From assembly GCA_028826165.1 (NCBI GenBank), contig JAPDFW010000134.1:62001-126000 (forward strand): a stretch of 64,000 nt of DNA, given 5' to 3'. This DNA is from Anaeramoeba ignava BMAN (taxonomy: Eukaryota; Protista; Anaeramoebae). Shown here piece after piece: positions 51,353-62,037 of this stretch; within the stretch, counting starts at the first letter, position 1; every line of letters begins with the position of its first letter. A model generated the notes under the pieces. It worked only from the letters and a program-made list of their open reading frames with translations. It made no database searches and was not told the DNA's origin. A program made the position numbers and the translations under genes.

Positions 51353-54300
51353 ATGCTTTCTTTTCCATTAAAAAAAGCTGAAAGAGCTGATATTTTTGGT
51401 TCTTTACGCAAATTTATTAACAAAAATTATAATAAATCATTTGCAGATCATGAAAAAGATGCAACAACAATACATCAACTTAGACAACAAATAAAAGATG
51501 CAGTTACAATTGATAGCATTGAAAATTTTTATCAGTAAAATCAAAAACCAAATTATAAATATTAAATTATTTACAATTAAATTATTTATAATTAAATTAT
51601 TTATAATTAAATTATTTACAATTAAATTATTTACAAATAAATTATTTACAAATAAATTATTTACAATTATTAAATTATTTACAATTAAATTATTTACAAT
51701 TAAATTATTTACAATTAAATTATTTACAATTAAATTATTTACAATTATTAAATTATTTACAATTATTAAATTATTTACAAATAAATTATTTACAATTAAA
51801 TTATTTACAATTAAGTTATTTACAATTAAATTATTTACAATTAAATTATTTACAATTATTAAATTATTTACAAATAAATTATTTACAATATTAAGTTATT
51901 TACAATTAAATTATTTATAATTATTAAATTATTTACAATTAAGTTATTTACAATTAAATTATTTACAATTATTAAATTATTTACAAATAAATTATTTATA
52001 ATTAAATTATTTACAAATAAATTATTTATAATTAAATTATTTACAAATAAATTATTTACAATTATTAAATTATTTACAAATAAATTATTTACAAATAAAT
52101 TATTTACAATTAAATTATTTATAATTAAATTATTTACAATTAAATTATTTACAAATAAATTATTTATAATTAAATTATTTACAATTAAATTATTTACAAA
52201 TATTAAATTATTTACAATTAATAAATTATTTACAAATAAATTATTTACAATTAAATTATTTACAATTAAATTATTTACAAATAAATTATTTACAATTAAA
52301 TTATTTACAAATAAATTATTTATAATTAAATTATTTACAATTAAATTATTTATAATTAAATTATTTACAAATAAATTATTTATAATTAAATTATTTACAA
52401 TTAAATTATGCTAGATATTTTGCTTATCTTTTATTAATTGAGAAAAAATTTCCAACAAAAGGAAATGATAAAAAAGCTTTGAGAGTTAATTGGGTTTGGT
52501 ATGATGCTTTTAAAAACAAGAATTGCTGTAATTAGTTTTAAATCAAAAAAATAAATTAAAAATTAAAAATTAAAAATTAAAAATAAATAAAAAAGCATCA
52601 TATTTTCTAGAATTAGAAAAAGCATCAATTCTTTTTAATTTATCAGCAATATGTTGTTCAAACGCAGCAGATTCAAATTTATCATCAGCAGACAGTCTTA
52701 GATTAGCAGTTCAAAATTTTCAAATTGCTGCTGGAGCATTAACTTATATTCAAGAACAATTATTACCAAAACTTCCACAAGGAATGACACCAGATCTTGC
52801 TCCAGATTCAATTAGAACCCTTATTTCATTAAATCTTGCTCAAGCTCAAGAATGTATTGTTGAAAAAGCAATTAATTCAAAAATGAAACCAATTACTTTA
52901 AAAAAATTGGCTATTCAAACTGCAATTGATTATGAAAAAACCCAACAATTACTTAAATCTTCTCCAATTTCAAATATGGTTCCTCGAGTATAAATAAATT
53001 AATAAATAATTTAATAAATAAATTAATAAATAAATTAATAAATAAATTAATAAATAAATTAATAAATAAATTAATAAATAAATTAATAAATAAATTAATA
53101 AATAAATTAATAAATAAATTAATAAATAAATTTATAAATAAATTAATAAATAAATTAATAAATAAATTAATAAATAAATTAATAAATAAATAAATAAATT
53201 AATAAATAAATTAATAAATAAATTAATTAATAAATAAATTAATAAATAAATTAATAAATAAATTAATAAATAAATAAATAAATTAATAAATAAATTAATA
53301 AATAAATTAATAATTAAATTTATAAATAAATTAACAAATAAATTAATAATTAAATTAATAAATAAATAAATAAATTAATAAATAAATTAATAAATAAATT
53401 AATAAATAAATAAATAAATAAATTAATAAATTAATAAATAAATTAATAAATAAATTAATAAATAAATTAATAAATAAATTAATAAATAAATTAACAAATA
53501 AATTAATAAATAAATTAATAAATAAATTAATAATTAAATTAATAATTAAATTAATAATTAAATTAATAAATAAATAAATTAATAAATTAATAAATAAATT
53601 AATAAATAAATTAATAAATAAATTAATAAATTAATAAATTAATAAATTAATAAATTAATAAATTAATAAATTAATAAATTAATAAATTAATAAATTAATA
53701 AATAAATTAATAATTAAATTAATAATTAAATTAATAATTAAATTAATAAATAAATTAATAATTAAATTAATAATTAAATTAATAAATAAATTAATAAATA
53801 AATAAATTAATAAATTAATAAATAAATTAATAAATAAATTAATAAATAAATTAATAAATAAATTAATAAATAAATTAATAATTAAATTAATAAATAAATT
53901 TATAAATAAATTAATAAATAAATTAATAAATAAATTAATAAATAAATTAATAATTAAATATGTTCTTTTTTATAAAAAAAAAAGAATTTTGCTCCTTATT
54001 TAGAAATTAAGAAATTATATTTTCAAGTTCTTGCAAATCGATATGAAGCTCAAGTTTTAGAAAAAGCACAAAAACAAGGAGCAAGAGTTTCAAGATTAAC
54101 ATTAGCAAATTCATTGGCAAAAACAATGTCAAGTCATTTAAAACATTGTTCAAATCTTAAAGAAAAAGTAGAAGGAATTCAAAAAGTATTTATTAAAAAA
54201 TTAATAATTAAAAATTTTATAATTGAAAAATTTAAAATTAAAAAATTTATAATTAAAAATTTTATAATTGAAAAATTAATAATTGAAAAATTTATAATTA

Positions 54301-56114
54301 AAAAATTAATTATTGAAAAATTTATAATTAAAAAATTAGAAAACAAAAAGTGAATTTGAAAAAGCAGTCAAAGAAAATGATACAATTTATCTTCAAACTG
54401 TTCCAGATGTAAGTACTCTTACAGAAATTCCAGGACATTCATTAGCTGCTCCAACACCATTACCAGATTTTAGTAAATATCTTGAAGGAGATTTATTTCA
54501 TGGATTACTTCCTTTACATTCACAAGAAGGACTAAAAAGATATAATGAACTTTTAGATAATAAAATCTCTACTCTTCAAGAATATGTTTCTGCAAAAAAT
54601 GAACAAATTCATACAACATTTGAAGAGTTAGGTTTACCTGGTTCAATTCTTATTCTTCAACTTTCAAAAGGAATTCCAGAAGAAGTTAGAACTAAACTTG
54701 AAAATTGCAAAGAACAAGTAAAAAAGCAAAAAAATTTTTTTGATAGTTTTTTTTTCACCTTTTTTTTAAATTGAATTTTTTAAATTGAATTTTTTTTTTA
54801 TCATTAAATTTAGGGTGGTTTAAATTTATTAACTGAACTTCGTGATACTATTAAAACTTTAAGAGAGCAATCACAAATTATGTTGAATGAACTTGTTCAA
54901 ATTATTCGAAAAGAAGATGATGAAGATTTGCAATACAGATTAAAATATGGAACAAAATGGAATCGGTAAAATTTATTTTAATTTTTAATTTTAATTTTTA
55001 ATTGAATTTTTAAATGAATTTTAATTTTAAAATTAGCCCAACATCAGGTGAAATAAATGCTAAATATATGAAAGATATTAGTAGATATACACAAACATTC
55101 GAGAAAGCATCAAAATCAGATTCAATTATTGATACCAAAATTGAAAAGCATCGAAGTGGATTAGAAATGCTTCTTTTAAGTGAAGAACAAATTGTTCAAA
55201 AATTACAAGTGAAATTAATTCAAAAAGTAGATGATCAAACAACCGAAATTGCAAATGAATTAAAATCATATATTGATAAATTAGAAGCAATGCAAAGTGA
55301 AAGAGAAAAAATGCTAAATGAAATTCATGAAAAAAAAGAAAAAGATGATCCAATGAGCTTTTTACTTAATATTCAACCACATGAATTTTTGGATAAAGCA
55401 ATTGATACTAATATTCAAAAGGTATATGGAGAATTTATGAAAGTTATAGAAGATGGATTGCAAGAACAAGATGGTTTATTAGAAAAAGTAAAAGAATTAA
55501 ATCAACAATTTGTTGATTCAAAAAAAGATCAGGATGATAAAGATGATAAAAATAATCCTTTACAAGAATTATCTTCTGCACTTTCAGCTTATTCTGGAAT
55601 TCATTCAGATCTTGAGGAAGGATTTCGTTTTTATACAACTTTTCAAGTAGAATTTTTAAATTATTTTTAATATTAAAATTAAAATTAAAATTAAAATTTA
55701 AATTTAAATTGAAATTAAAATATTTTTTAGGATTCAGTAAAAACTTTAAGAAATAAAATTGAGGATTTTGTTCTTGCTAGAGATTTGGAAAAAACAGATT
55801 TATTAGACTCACTTGGTCAAAAAGAAGATAAAGAAAATAAAACTCAAAATCAAAGTGAAAATTATCAAATTCCTCAACAATTTAATCAACAATTTAATCA
55901 ACAAAATTATCAACAATTTCCTCAACAATTTAATCAACAATTTCCTCAACAATTTAATCAATTTCCTCAACAATTTAATCAACAACCTGGTCCTCAATTT
56001 TATTATCAACAACCTGGTCCTCAATTTGGTTATCAACAACCTCAATTTATGCAACAATTTGGAACTGCTCCTCCAATGGAAAAAAAAGATAAAAAAAACA
56101 AGAAGAAAAAATAA
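51353..56114 (+). CDS. PDCD6IP: ALIX/Bro1 (BRO1 + V domain + Q/P-rich tail), ESCRT-associated
   Basis: Exons 51353-51534, 52415-52527, 52596-52987, 53984-54185, 54340-54717, 54814-54965, 55037-55646, 55731-56114. WVWYDAF, LEKASILFNL, FQIAAGA, LAQAQECIVEKA, KAVKENDTIY, YGTKWNRPTS, LEEGFRFY. Confidence 0.92.
51535..52414 (+). repeat. ALIX intron 1 filled with a ~15-bp repeat, (ATTAAATTATTTACA)n
   Basis: GT 51535..AG 52414; source of the spurious IKLFT ORF. Confidence 0.85.
52988..53983 (+). repeat. ALIX intron 3 filled with (TAAATAAATTAA)n
   Basis: GT 52988..AG 53983; same 12-mer as the intron at 1-1444. Confidence 0.85.
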
Positions 56115-56285
56115 ATCTTTTCTTTTTCCGTTTTTTTTTTTTTTGATTTGCTTTGATTTACTTTCTTTCCATTTTTTTCTTTTTTGAATTTTCAAATTTT
56201 TCTTTTGCTTTCTAAAAACAATCCAAAATTTTTCATTTTAATTTTTTTCATTTTTTTCATTTTAATTTTTCATTTTAAATTTTTA

Positions 56286-57455
56286 ATGAATATTTTAACT
56301 GCATTTTCAACATTTAAAGATAGTTTAAATGCAGAAAAAGTTGGAGAAGCAATAATTAAAACATTAAAACAAATTCTTCCAAAAGAAACAAAATTTACAA
56401 ATTTACCTTTAAGTGATGGAGGTGAAAATTTCATAGAAGCATTAAAAACATGTTTAGAACTGGAAACAATAGAAGTTCCAGTTATTGGTCCATTAGGAAC
56501 ACCAATGATGAGTTCATATGGTTCAAGCAAAAAAGAAAAAGGACTTGCAATTATCGAAATGGCGAAAGCAAGTGGAATAGAACATGTGCCAGAAAAAGAT
56601 CGAAATCCACTTTTGACAACAACATATGGCACAGGGCAATTGATTAGAAGAGCGATTGTCGATCAACATGACCGTCTATTAGTGGCAATTGGGGGTTCTG
56701 CAACGAACGACGCAGGGCTCGGTGCTTTAAGTGCACTTGGATATAAATTCTCATTTGATCCACATTTTGCCCCCGAAGAAGAGCATTTTTTAAGTGGAGG
56801 AGATCTTGTTAAAATTCGGGACATTTCAAAGCCCAAGCACTTGATTACTGATGAAATCAAAATGGATCTTGCTTGCGATGTTGTCAATCCTTTTACTGGA
56901 CCAAATGGAGCCGTTGAAATTTTCTCTTTTCAAAAGGGGGCAAAAACGGAACAAATGAGAAGGCAACTTGAAGATGGAATGTGTAATGTGAGGGATATTT
57001 TTCGAAGAAAGTTCCATGTTGATTTGGATGCTATTCAGGGATCTGGTGCTGCTGGAGGATTGGGAGGTGGTTTATATGTGGGTTGCTCGGCAAAAATTAA
57101 AAGTGGAATTGAAATTCTTGCCGGAATTGTTCAATTAGAAAAACATGTTGCAAATTCAAGTGTAGTTTTTACTGGTGAAGGATGTTATGATTCACAAACA
57201 AAATATGGGAAAGTTGTTTCTTATGTTCAAACTTTGTGTAAAAAGTATAATGTTCCTTTGGTTGTTTTGTGTGGGAAATCTTTGGTTAAAAATAATATTA
57301 ATGATGAAAGGTTTTTTCAGGTTCATTCTTTGGATTCGATGTTTGTTAAAGACCAATCAATGAAGAAACCTGAATTTTGTTTGAAGAAACTTGTTTTGGA
57401 TCGAGCCTGTTTTTTTCCTGTTATTGGAAAGAAAATAAACAAAGACAAAATCTAA
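56286..57455 (+). CDS. glxK: Glycerate kinase, bacterial GarK/GlxK class, intronless
   Basis: FKDSL, LPLSDGGE, AIIEMAKASG, TTTYGTGQLI, IGGSATNDAGLGAL.ALG, CDVVNPFTGPNGA..FS.QKGA, GAAGGLG, VFTGEGCYDSQT..GKV. ATG at 56286 follows a TCATTTT leader. Confidence 0.92.
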   Translation: MNILTAFSTFKDSLNAEKVGEAIIKTLKQILPKETKFTNLPLSDGGENFIEALKTCLELETIEVPVIGPLGTPMMSSYGSSKKEKGLAIIEMAKASGIEHVPEKDRNPLLTTTYGTGQLIRRAIVDQHDRLLVAIGGSATNDAGLGALSALGYKFSFDPHFAPEEEHFLSGGDLVKIRDISKPKHLITDEIKMDLACDVVNPFTGPNGAVEIFSFQKGAKTEQMRRQLEDGMCNVRDIFRRKFHVDLDAIQGSGAAGGLGGGLYVGCSAKIKSGIEILAGIVQLEKHVANSSVVFTGEGCYDSQTKYGKVVSYVQTLCKKYNVPLVVLCGKSLVKNNINDERFFQVHSLDSMFVKDQSMKKPEFCLKKLVLDRACFFPVIGKKINKDKI

Positions 57456-57464
57456 AAATAAAAT

Positions 57465-58095
57465 ATTGAATTAAATTAAATATTGAATATTGAATTAAAT
57501 ATTGAATTAAATATTGAATTAAATATTGAATTAAATATTAAATTGAATTGAATTAAATATTAAATTGAATTGAATTGAATATTGAATTGAATTGAATATT
57601 GAATTAAATATTAAATTGAATTGAATTGAATTAAATATTGAATTAAAAATTAAATAATGAATATTGAATTGAATTGAATTGAATATTGAATTGAATTAAA
57701 TATTGAATATTAAATTGAGTTAAATTGAATAGAATTGAATATTGAATTGAATTGAATATTGAATTAAATATTGAATTGAATATTGAATTGAATATTGAAT
57801 TGAAATGAATTAAATAATGAATACTGAATTGAATTAAATATTAAATATTGAATTGAATTGAATATTGAATTAAATATTAAATATTAAATATTGAATACTG
57901 AATTAAATTAAATTGAATATTAAATATTGAATTGAAATTGAATTAAATATTGAATTGAATTAAATAAAATTGAATTGAATATTGAATTGAATAGAATTAA
58001 ATATTGAATTGAATTAAATATTAAATTGAATTAAATATTAAATTGAATTAAATATTGAATTAAATATTAAATTGAATATTGAATTAAATATTGAA
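57465..58095. repeat. Intergenic (ATTGA/AATATTG)n simple repeat
   Basis: Degenerate 5-7-mer tandem tract. Confidence 0.85.
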
Positions 58096-58193
58096 ATGGA
58101 AAAAGAGAATAAAAAAATTCTGAATTGATTAAGAAATAAAGAAGAAATTTTTTTTTCATTTTTCTTCTTTCATTTTAAATATTTTGTTCTAAA

Positions 58194-59431
58194 ATGGAAA
58201 CATATGAAGAAACAAAAGGTTGAAAAAAGAAAAAAGAAAAAAGAAACAAAACTTAAAATAACAAAAAATAATATTTTTTTATTTTAAATAGAACCAAAAG
58301 TAGTTCATATTGAATTACTTAAACAAGCAATTGAAAAAATTACAGGAGAAGATGCAGAAAAATGTATGTTATCAATTCCTCAAGTTAAAGAGTTATTTCT
58401 TCTTGATCCAAAAGGTGCTGAACTTTTTCATAGAATTCTTGATATGTTTGTCTATTTATTTCTCTTTTTTTTATTATACTTTTTTTCATCAGAATTATTT
58501 TGATGTAAATTAAAATCAAAATCAAAATCAAAATCAAAATCAAAATCTAATTATAAATCTAATTATAAATATAAATATAAATCTAATTATAAATATAAAT
58601 ATAAATATAAATATAAATATAAATATAAATATAAATATAAATATAAATATAAATATAAATATAAATATAAATATAAATATAAATATAAATATAAATATAA
58701 ATATTTAAAATATAAATATAAATATAAATATAAATATAAATCTAAATATAAAAATAAATATAAATAAAATTAAAATTAAAATCAAAATCAAAATTAAAAT
58801 CAAAATTAAAATCAAAATTAAAATCAAAATTAAAATCAAAATCAAAATCAAAATTAAAATCAAAATTAAAATTAAAATCAAAATCAAATTCAAAATTAAA
58901 ATTAAAATTAAAATTCAAAATTAAAATAGAAACAAGGATGGAAAAGTGGAATTTGAAGAAATCAAACAAACTATTACAACATTAACAAGTGGAACAAATG
59001 AAGAAAAAGCAGAAATAATATTCAAAACATGGGATGAAAATGGGGATGGATATTTAACAGAAATGGAAGTACGACAAATGATGTTTAGTTCAGTAACACT
59101 TGCATCTTCATTTTTAATAACAAAGATGTTAGGACCAATGTCAAACCTGATACAAACATTGGATTCTGAAAATCATCAGAATGAACCCAACTTCAAAGAC
59201 CAAATTGAACAAGGAATTCAAGAACAAATCAATGGAACTGATATTGATAATATTGTCCAAATGCTTTTCCAACAAACTCAAACTGAAATGACTGATGCAA
59301 TTTCTCTTGAAAAATTCAAACAGCATTGTTCAACCCCAGATAGTGCTGCAACCCCAATTATTGAAGGGTTAATCTCAATCGCTCAACCTTTAATTCAAGA
59401 TGAAAATGATCCTAATTGTCAAATGATGTGA
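58194..59431 (+). CDS. EF-hand calcium-binding protein (NCS/calcineurin B-like) with C-terminal CaaX
   Basis: Exons 58194-58218, 58292-58445, 58930-59431. EF loops DINKDGKVEFEE and DENGDGYLTEME; GTNEEKAEIIFKTWD. Ends NCQMM*. Confidence 0.82.
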
Positions 59432-59640
59432 ATCCAATAATCTTGAACTAGCAAAAAAACCCAAAAAAAAAAATATCCCTTTTTTTGATTTTTTGATTTT
59501 TTCTTTTTCAATCAAAATTCAAATTCAAATTCCCTTCATTTCTTTCATTTTTTTGATGTGGAATTTTTCATAAAAGAAAAAAACAATTTAATTTTAATTT
59601 TGATTTTAATTTTGATTTTAATTTTAATTTGAATTTTAAT

Positions 59641-59944
59641 TTTTGATTTTCATTTTTAAATTTGTTAGTTAATAAATCAAATAAATTTGGATTTGTTTGA
59701 TTTAATTGAAAATAATTAATTCCATTTTGATTTTTAATTTTAATTTTAATTTTAATTTTAATTTTAATTTTAATTTTAATTTTAATTTTAATTTTAATTT
59801 TAATTTTAATTTTAATTTTAATTTTAATTTTGATTTTAATTTTGATTATTAAATTTGTTAATTAATAAATCAAATAAATTTGGATTTGTTTGATTTAATT
59901 GAAAATAATCAATTCCAATTTTAATTTCATTAATGATTTCTTGT
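59641..59944 (-). pseudogene. Two orphan copies of the RCC1-BTB C-terminal coding segment
   Basis: 59943-59836 reads QEIINEIKIGIDYFQLNQTNPNLFDLLINKFNNQN*. ~59725-59641 reads GINYFQLNQTNPNLFDLLTNKFKNENQK. Confidence 0.8.
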
Positions 59945-61831
59945 TTAAAAAATTAAACAATTTTCTTTTTTTTTGTTTTTTTTTCTTTTGAGATTTTCAT
60001 TTTTAAATTTGTTAGTTAATAAATCAAATAAATTTGGATTTGTTTGATTTAATTGAAAATAATCAATTCCTCTTTGAATTTCATTAATTATTTCTTTTGT
60101 AATTTGAATTTCATCTTTAATTTGATTTGAATAAATCCAATATTCAAATATTTGAAATGATTTATTACTTAATTCACTATAATCTGTAACTTTATTAGAA
60201 TTATCTTCAGTTACAGATAAAAACATTCCTCGATATAATTCACTTCTCATTATTAATATTAATTTTGGAAATTTATATTGTTTTTCTTTTCTTTCAATTA
60301 TAAAATCTTTTTCATTTTCATTTAAATAAATTCTTTTCATTGTTTCTTCAATTTTTTCATTTGAATTTATAATTTCTTTAATTTCAGAATATAATTTTGG
60401 ATTTATTATTCTGTTTGAATAAATCATTTCAAATATTTGATTTGATTCTTTAATTGATTTATTTGAAATAATTTCTTGAAGTTTTTCAATTTGATTTTGA
60501 TTTTGATTTAATCTATATTTCAATATTAATTTATGAGCTTCAATTATTTCTCCATTTTTGGTTTTAAATGAAATATTACAAAATTCTTTTCTTCTAAATA
60601 ATTTTATCAAATCTTCTTCAAGATTGGAAAAAGAAGGAGAAGAATAATAAAGAAATGATTTGTAATCTCCACAAGAAATATGATAATTAGAAATATCTTC
60701 ATTAAATCTTAATTTAGGAATTTCAATTTGAATTGGAATTGATTTCGTTTCTGTATCTTCAGTTCCTAATTGGCCAAAATAATTATCTCCAAATCCAATC
60801 AATTTTGATTTGGAAGTTAAAATCAAAGTATGAGCACTTCCACAAGAAAAATCAAGAATATTATTATCATTTTCAAATAAAGATGATTTGATTTCAGTAA
60901 ATTCATAAGTATCTTCATTTTTGCCAAGTCCATTTAATAGATAATCTCCAGTTGAATAAAGTTTTCTTTTTGGATTTTCATTTTCATTTTCAATCAACAT
61001 TATTGAATGACAAGATCCAGACTTAATATCAATTATTTTACCTTTTGGAATATTTTGGATTTGAGTTAGTTCTTGGATTTTTTCCTCTTTTTTTCTTGAT
61101 TCTCCTAATCCAAGTTGACCATAATTATTATCACCACATCCAAATAATTCTTGATTTGAATTTAAAAGAAAAACATGTCTTGAATCATTTCCTGAAAATA
61201 TTTTAGAAACATTTTTCATTATTAAAATTGGTTTTTCTGTTTTTCGTGTTTTAGAATCAAAAAATATTTCTCCAAATTTATTTGAACCAATTCCATAAGT
61301 ATTTTGATTTGAAGTTAATAAGTAAATTGACTTGTATCCACAAACAACATCTTGAATTATTCTATCATTTGTATCTTCAATTAATGATGAAATATTGATG
61401 AATTCATTTGGATTTTCTGGATTAATATATCTTCCTTTGGCAAATACATTTCCTTCTATTGTTAAAATAGCTTCATTCGCATAACCAACAGTTACTTTTT
61501 GAATATTTTCTTCAATTTGGATTTTTTTAGGATTTGGATTTGAATCATTTTCATTTAAATATTCTATTGCTTTTCCATTTTTAAAAAGGAAAATTGTTCC
61601 AAAGAAACTTGATGAAATTTGTTTAATTTGTTTTTCATTTTCATTTTCATTTTCATTTTCATTTTCAATTTCATTTTCATTTTCATTTTCATTTTCATTT
61701 TCATTTTCATTTTCATTTTCATTTTCATTTTCATTTTCAAATTTAAATTGAATTGGTTTTTTTATTTTTTTTGATTCATTTTTGATAAGTTTTGGATTTT
61801 TATTTAAACCAAAAAATAAACAATCATTCAT
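59945..61831 (-). CDS. RCC1-repeat + BTB-like protein with polybasic CaaX tail, intronless
   Basis: RCC1 motifs GDNNYGQLGLG, SCGSAHTLILT, GFGDNYFGQLG; BTB-like IEAHKLILKYRL and ILIMRSELYRGMF. Ends KRKKNKKKENCLIF*. Confidence 0.9.
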   Translation of the reverse strand: MNDCLFFGLNKNPKLIKNESKKIKKPIQFKFENENENENENENENENENENENEIENENENENENEKQIKQISSSFFGTIFLFKNGKAIEYLNENDSNPNPKKIQIEENIQKVTVGYANEAILTIEGNVFAKGRYINPENPNEFINISSLIEDTNDRIIQDVVCGYKSIYLLTSNQNTYGIGSNKFGEIFFDSKTRKTEKPILIMKNVSKIFSGNDSRHVFLLNSNQELFGCGDNNYGQLGLGESRKKEEKIQELTQIQNIPKGKIIDIKSGSCHSIMLIENENENPKRKLYSTGDYLLNGLGKNEDTYEFTEIKSSLFENDNNILDFSCGSAHTLILTSKSKLIGFGDNYFGQLGTEDTETKSIPIQIEIPKLRFNEDISNYHISCGDYKSFLYYSSPSFSNLEEDLIKLFRRKEFCNISFKTKNGEIIEAHKLILKYRLNQNQNQIEKLQEIISNKSIKESNQIFEMIYSNRIINPKLYSEIKEIINSNEKIEETMKRIYLNENEKDFIIERKEKQYKFPKLILIMRSELYRGMFLSVTEDNSNKVTDYSELSNKSFQIFEYWIYSNQIKDEIQITKEIINEIQRGIDYFQLNQTNPNLFDLLTNKFKNENLKRKKNKKKENCLIF

Positions 61832-62037
61832 TTTTGAAAAGAAAAAAAATGAAAAAATGATTTTTGGAATTTTAATTTTAATTTTGATTTTTAATTTTGA
61901 TTTTAATTTTAATTTGAATTTTAATTTTGATTTTAAATTTTAATTTTAATTTTAATTTTAATTTTAATTTTAATTTTAATTTTAATTTTAATTTTGGAAT
62001 TTTAATTTTAATTTTAATTTTGATTTTAATTTTAATT

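Noticed and set aside
56184-56285. Hydrophobic N-terminal extension or signal peptide on glycerate kinase; similarly 45679-45789 for SPF45
   Set aside because: It starts at TTG and is the T-rich leader. Family homology begins at ATG 56286 (and 45678).
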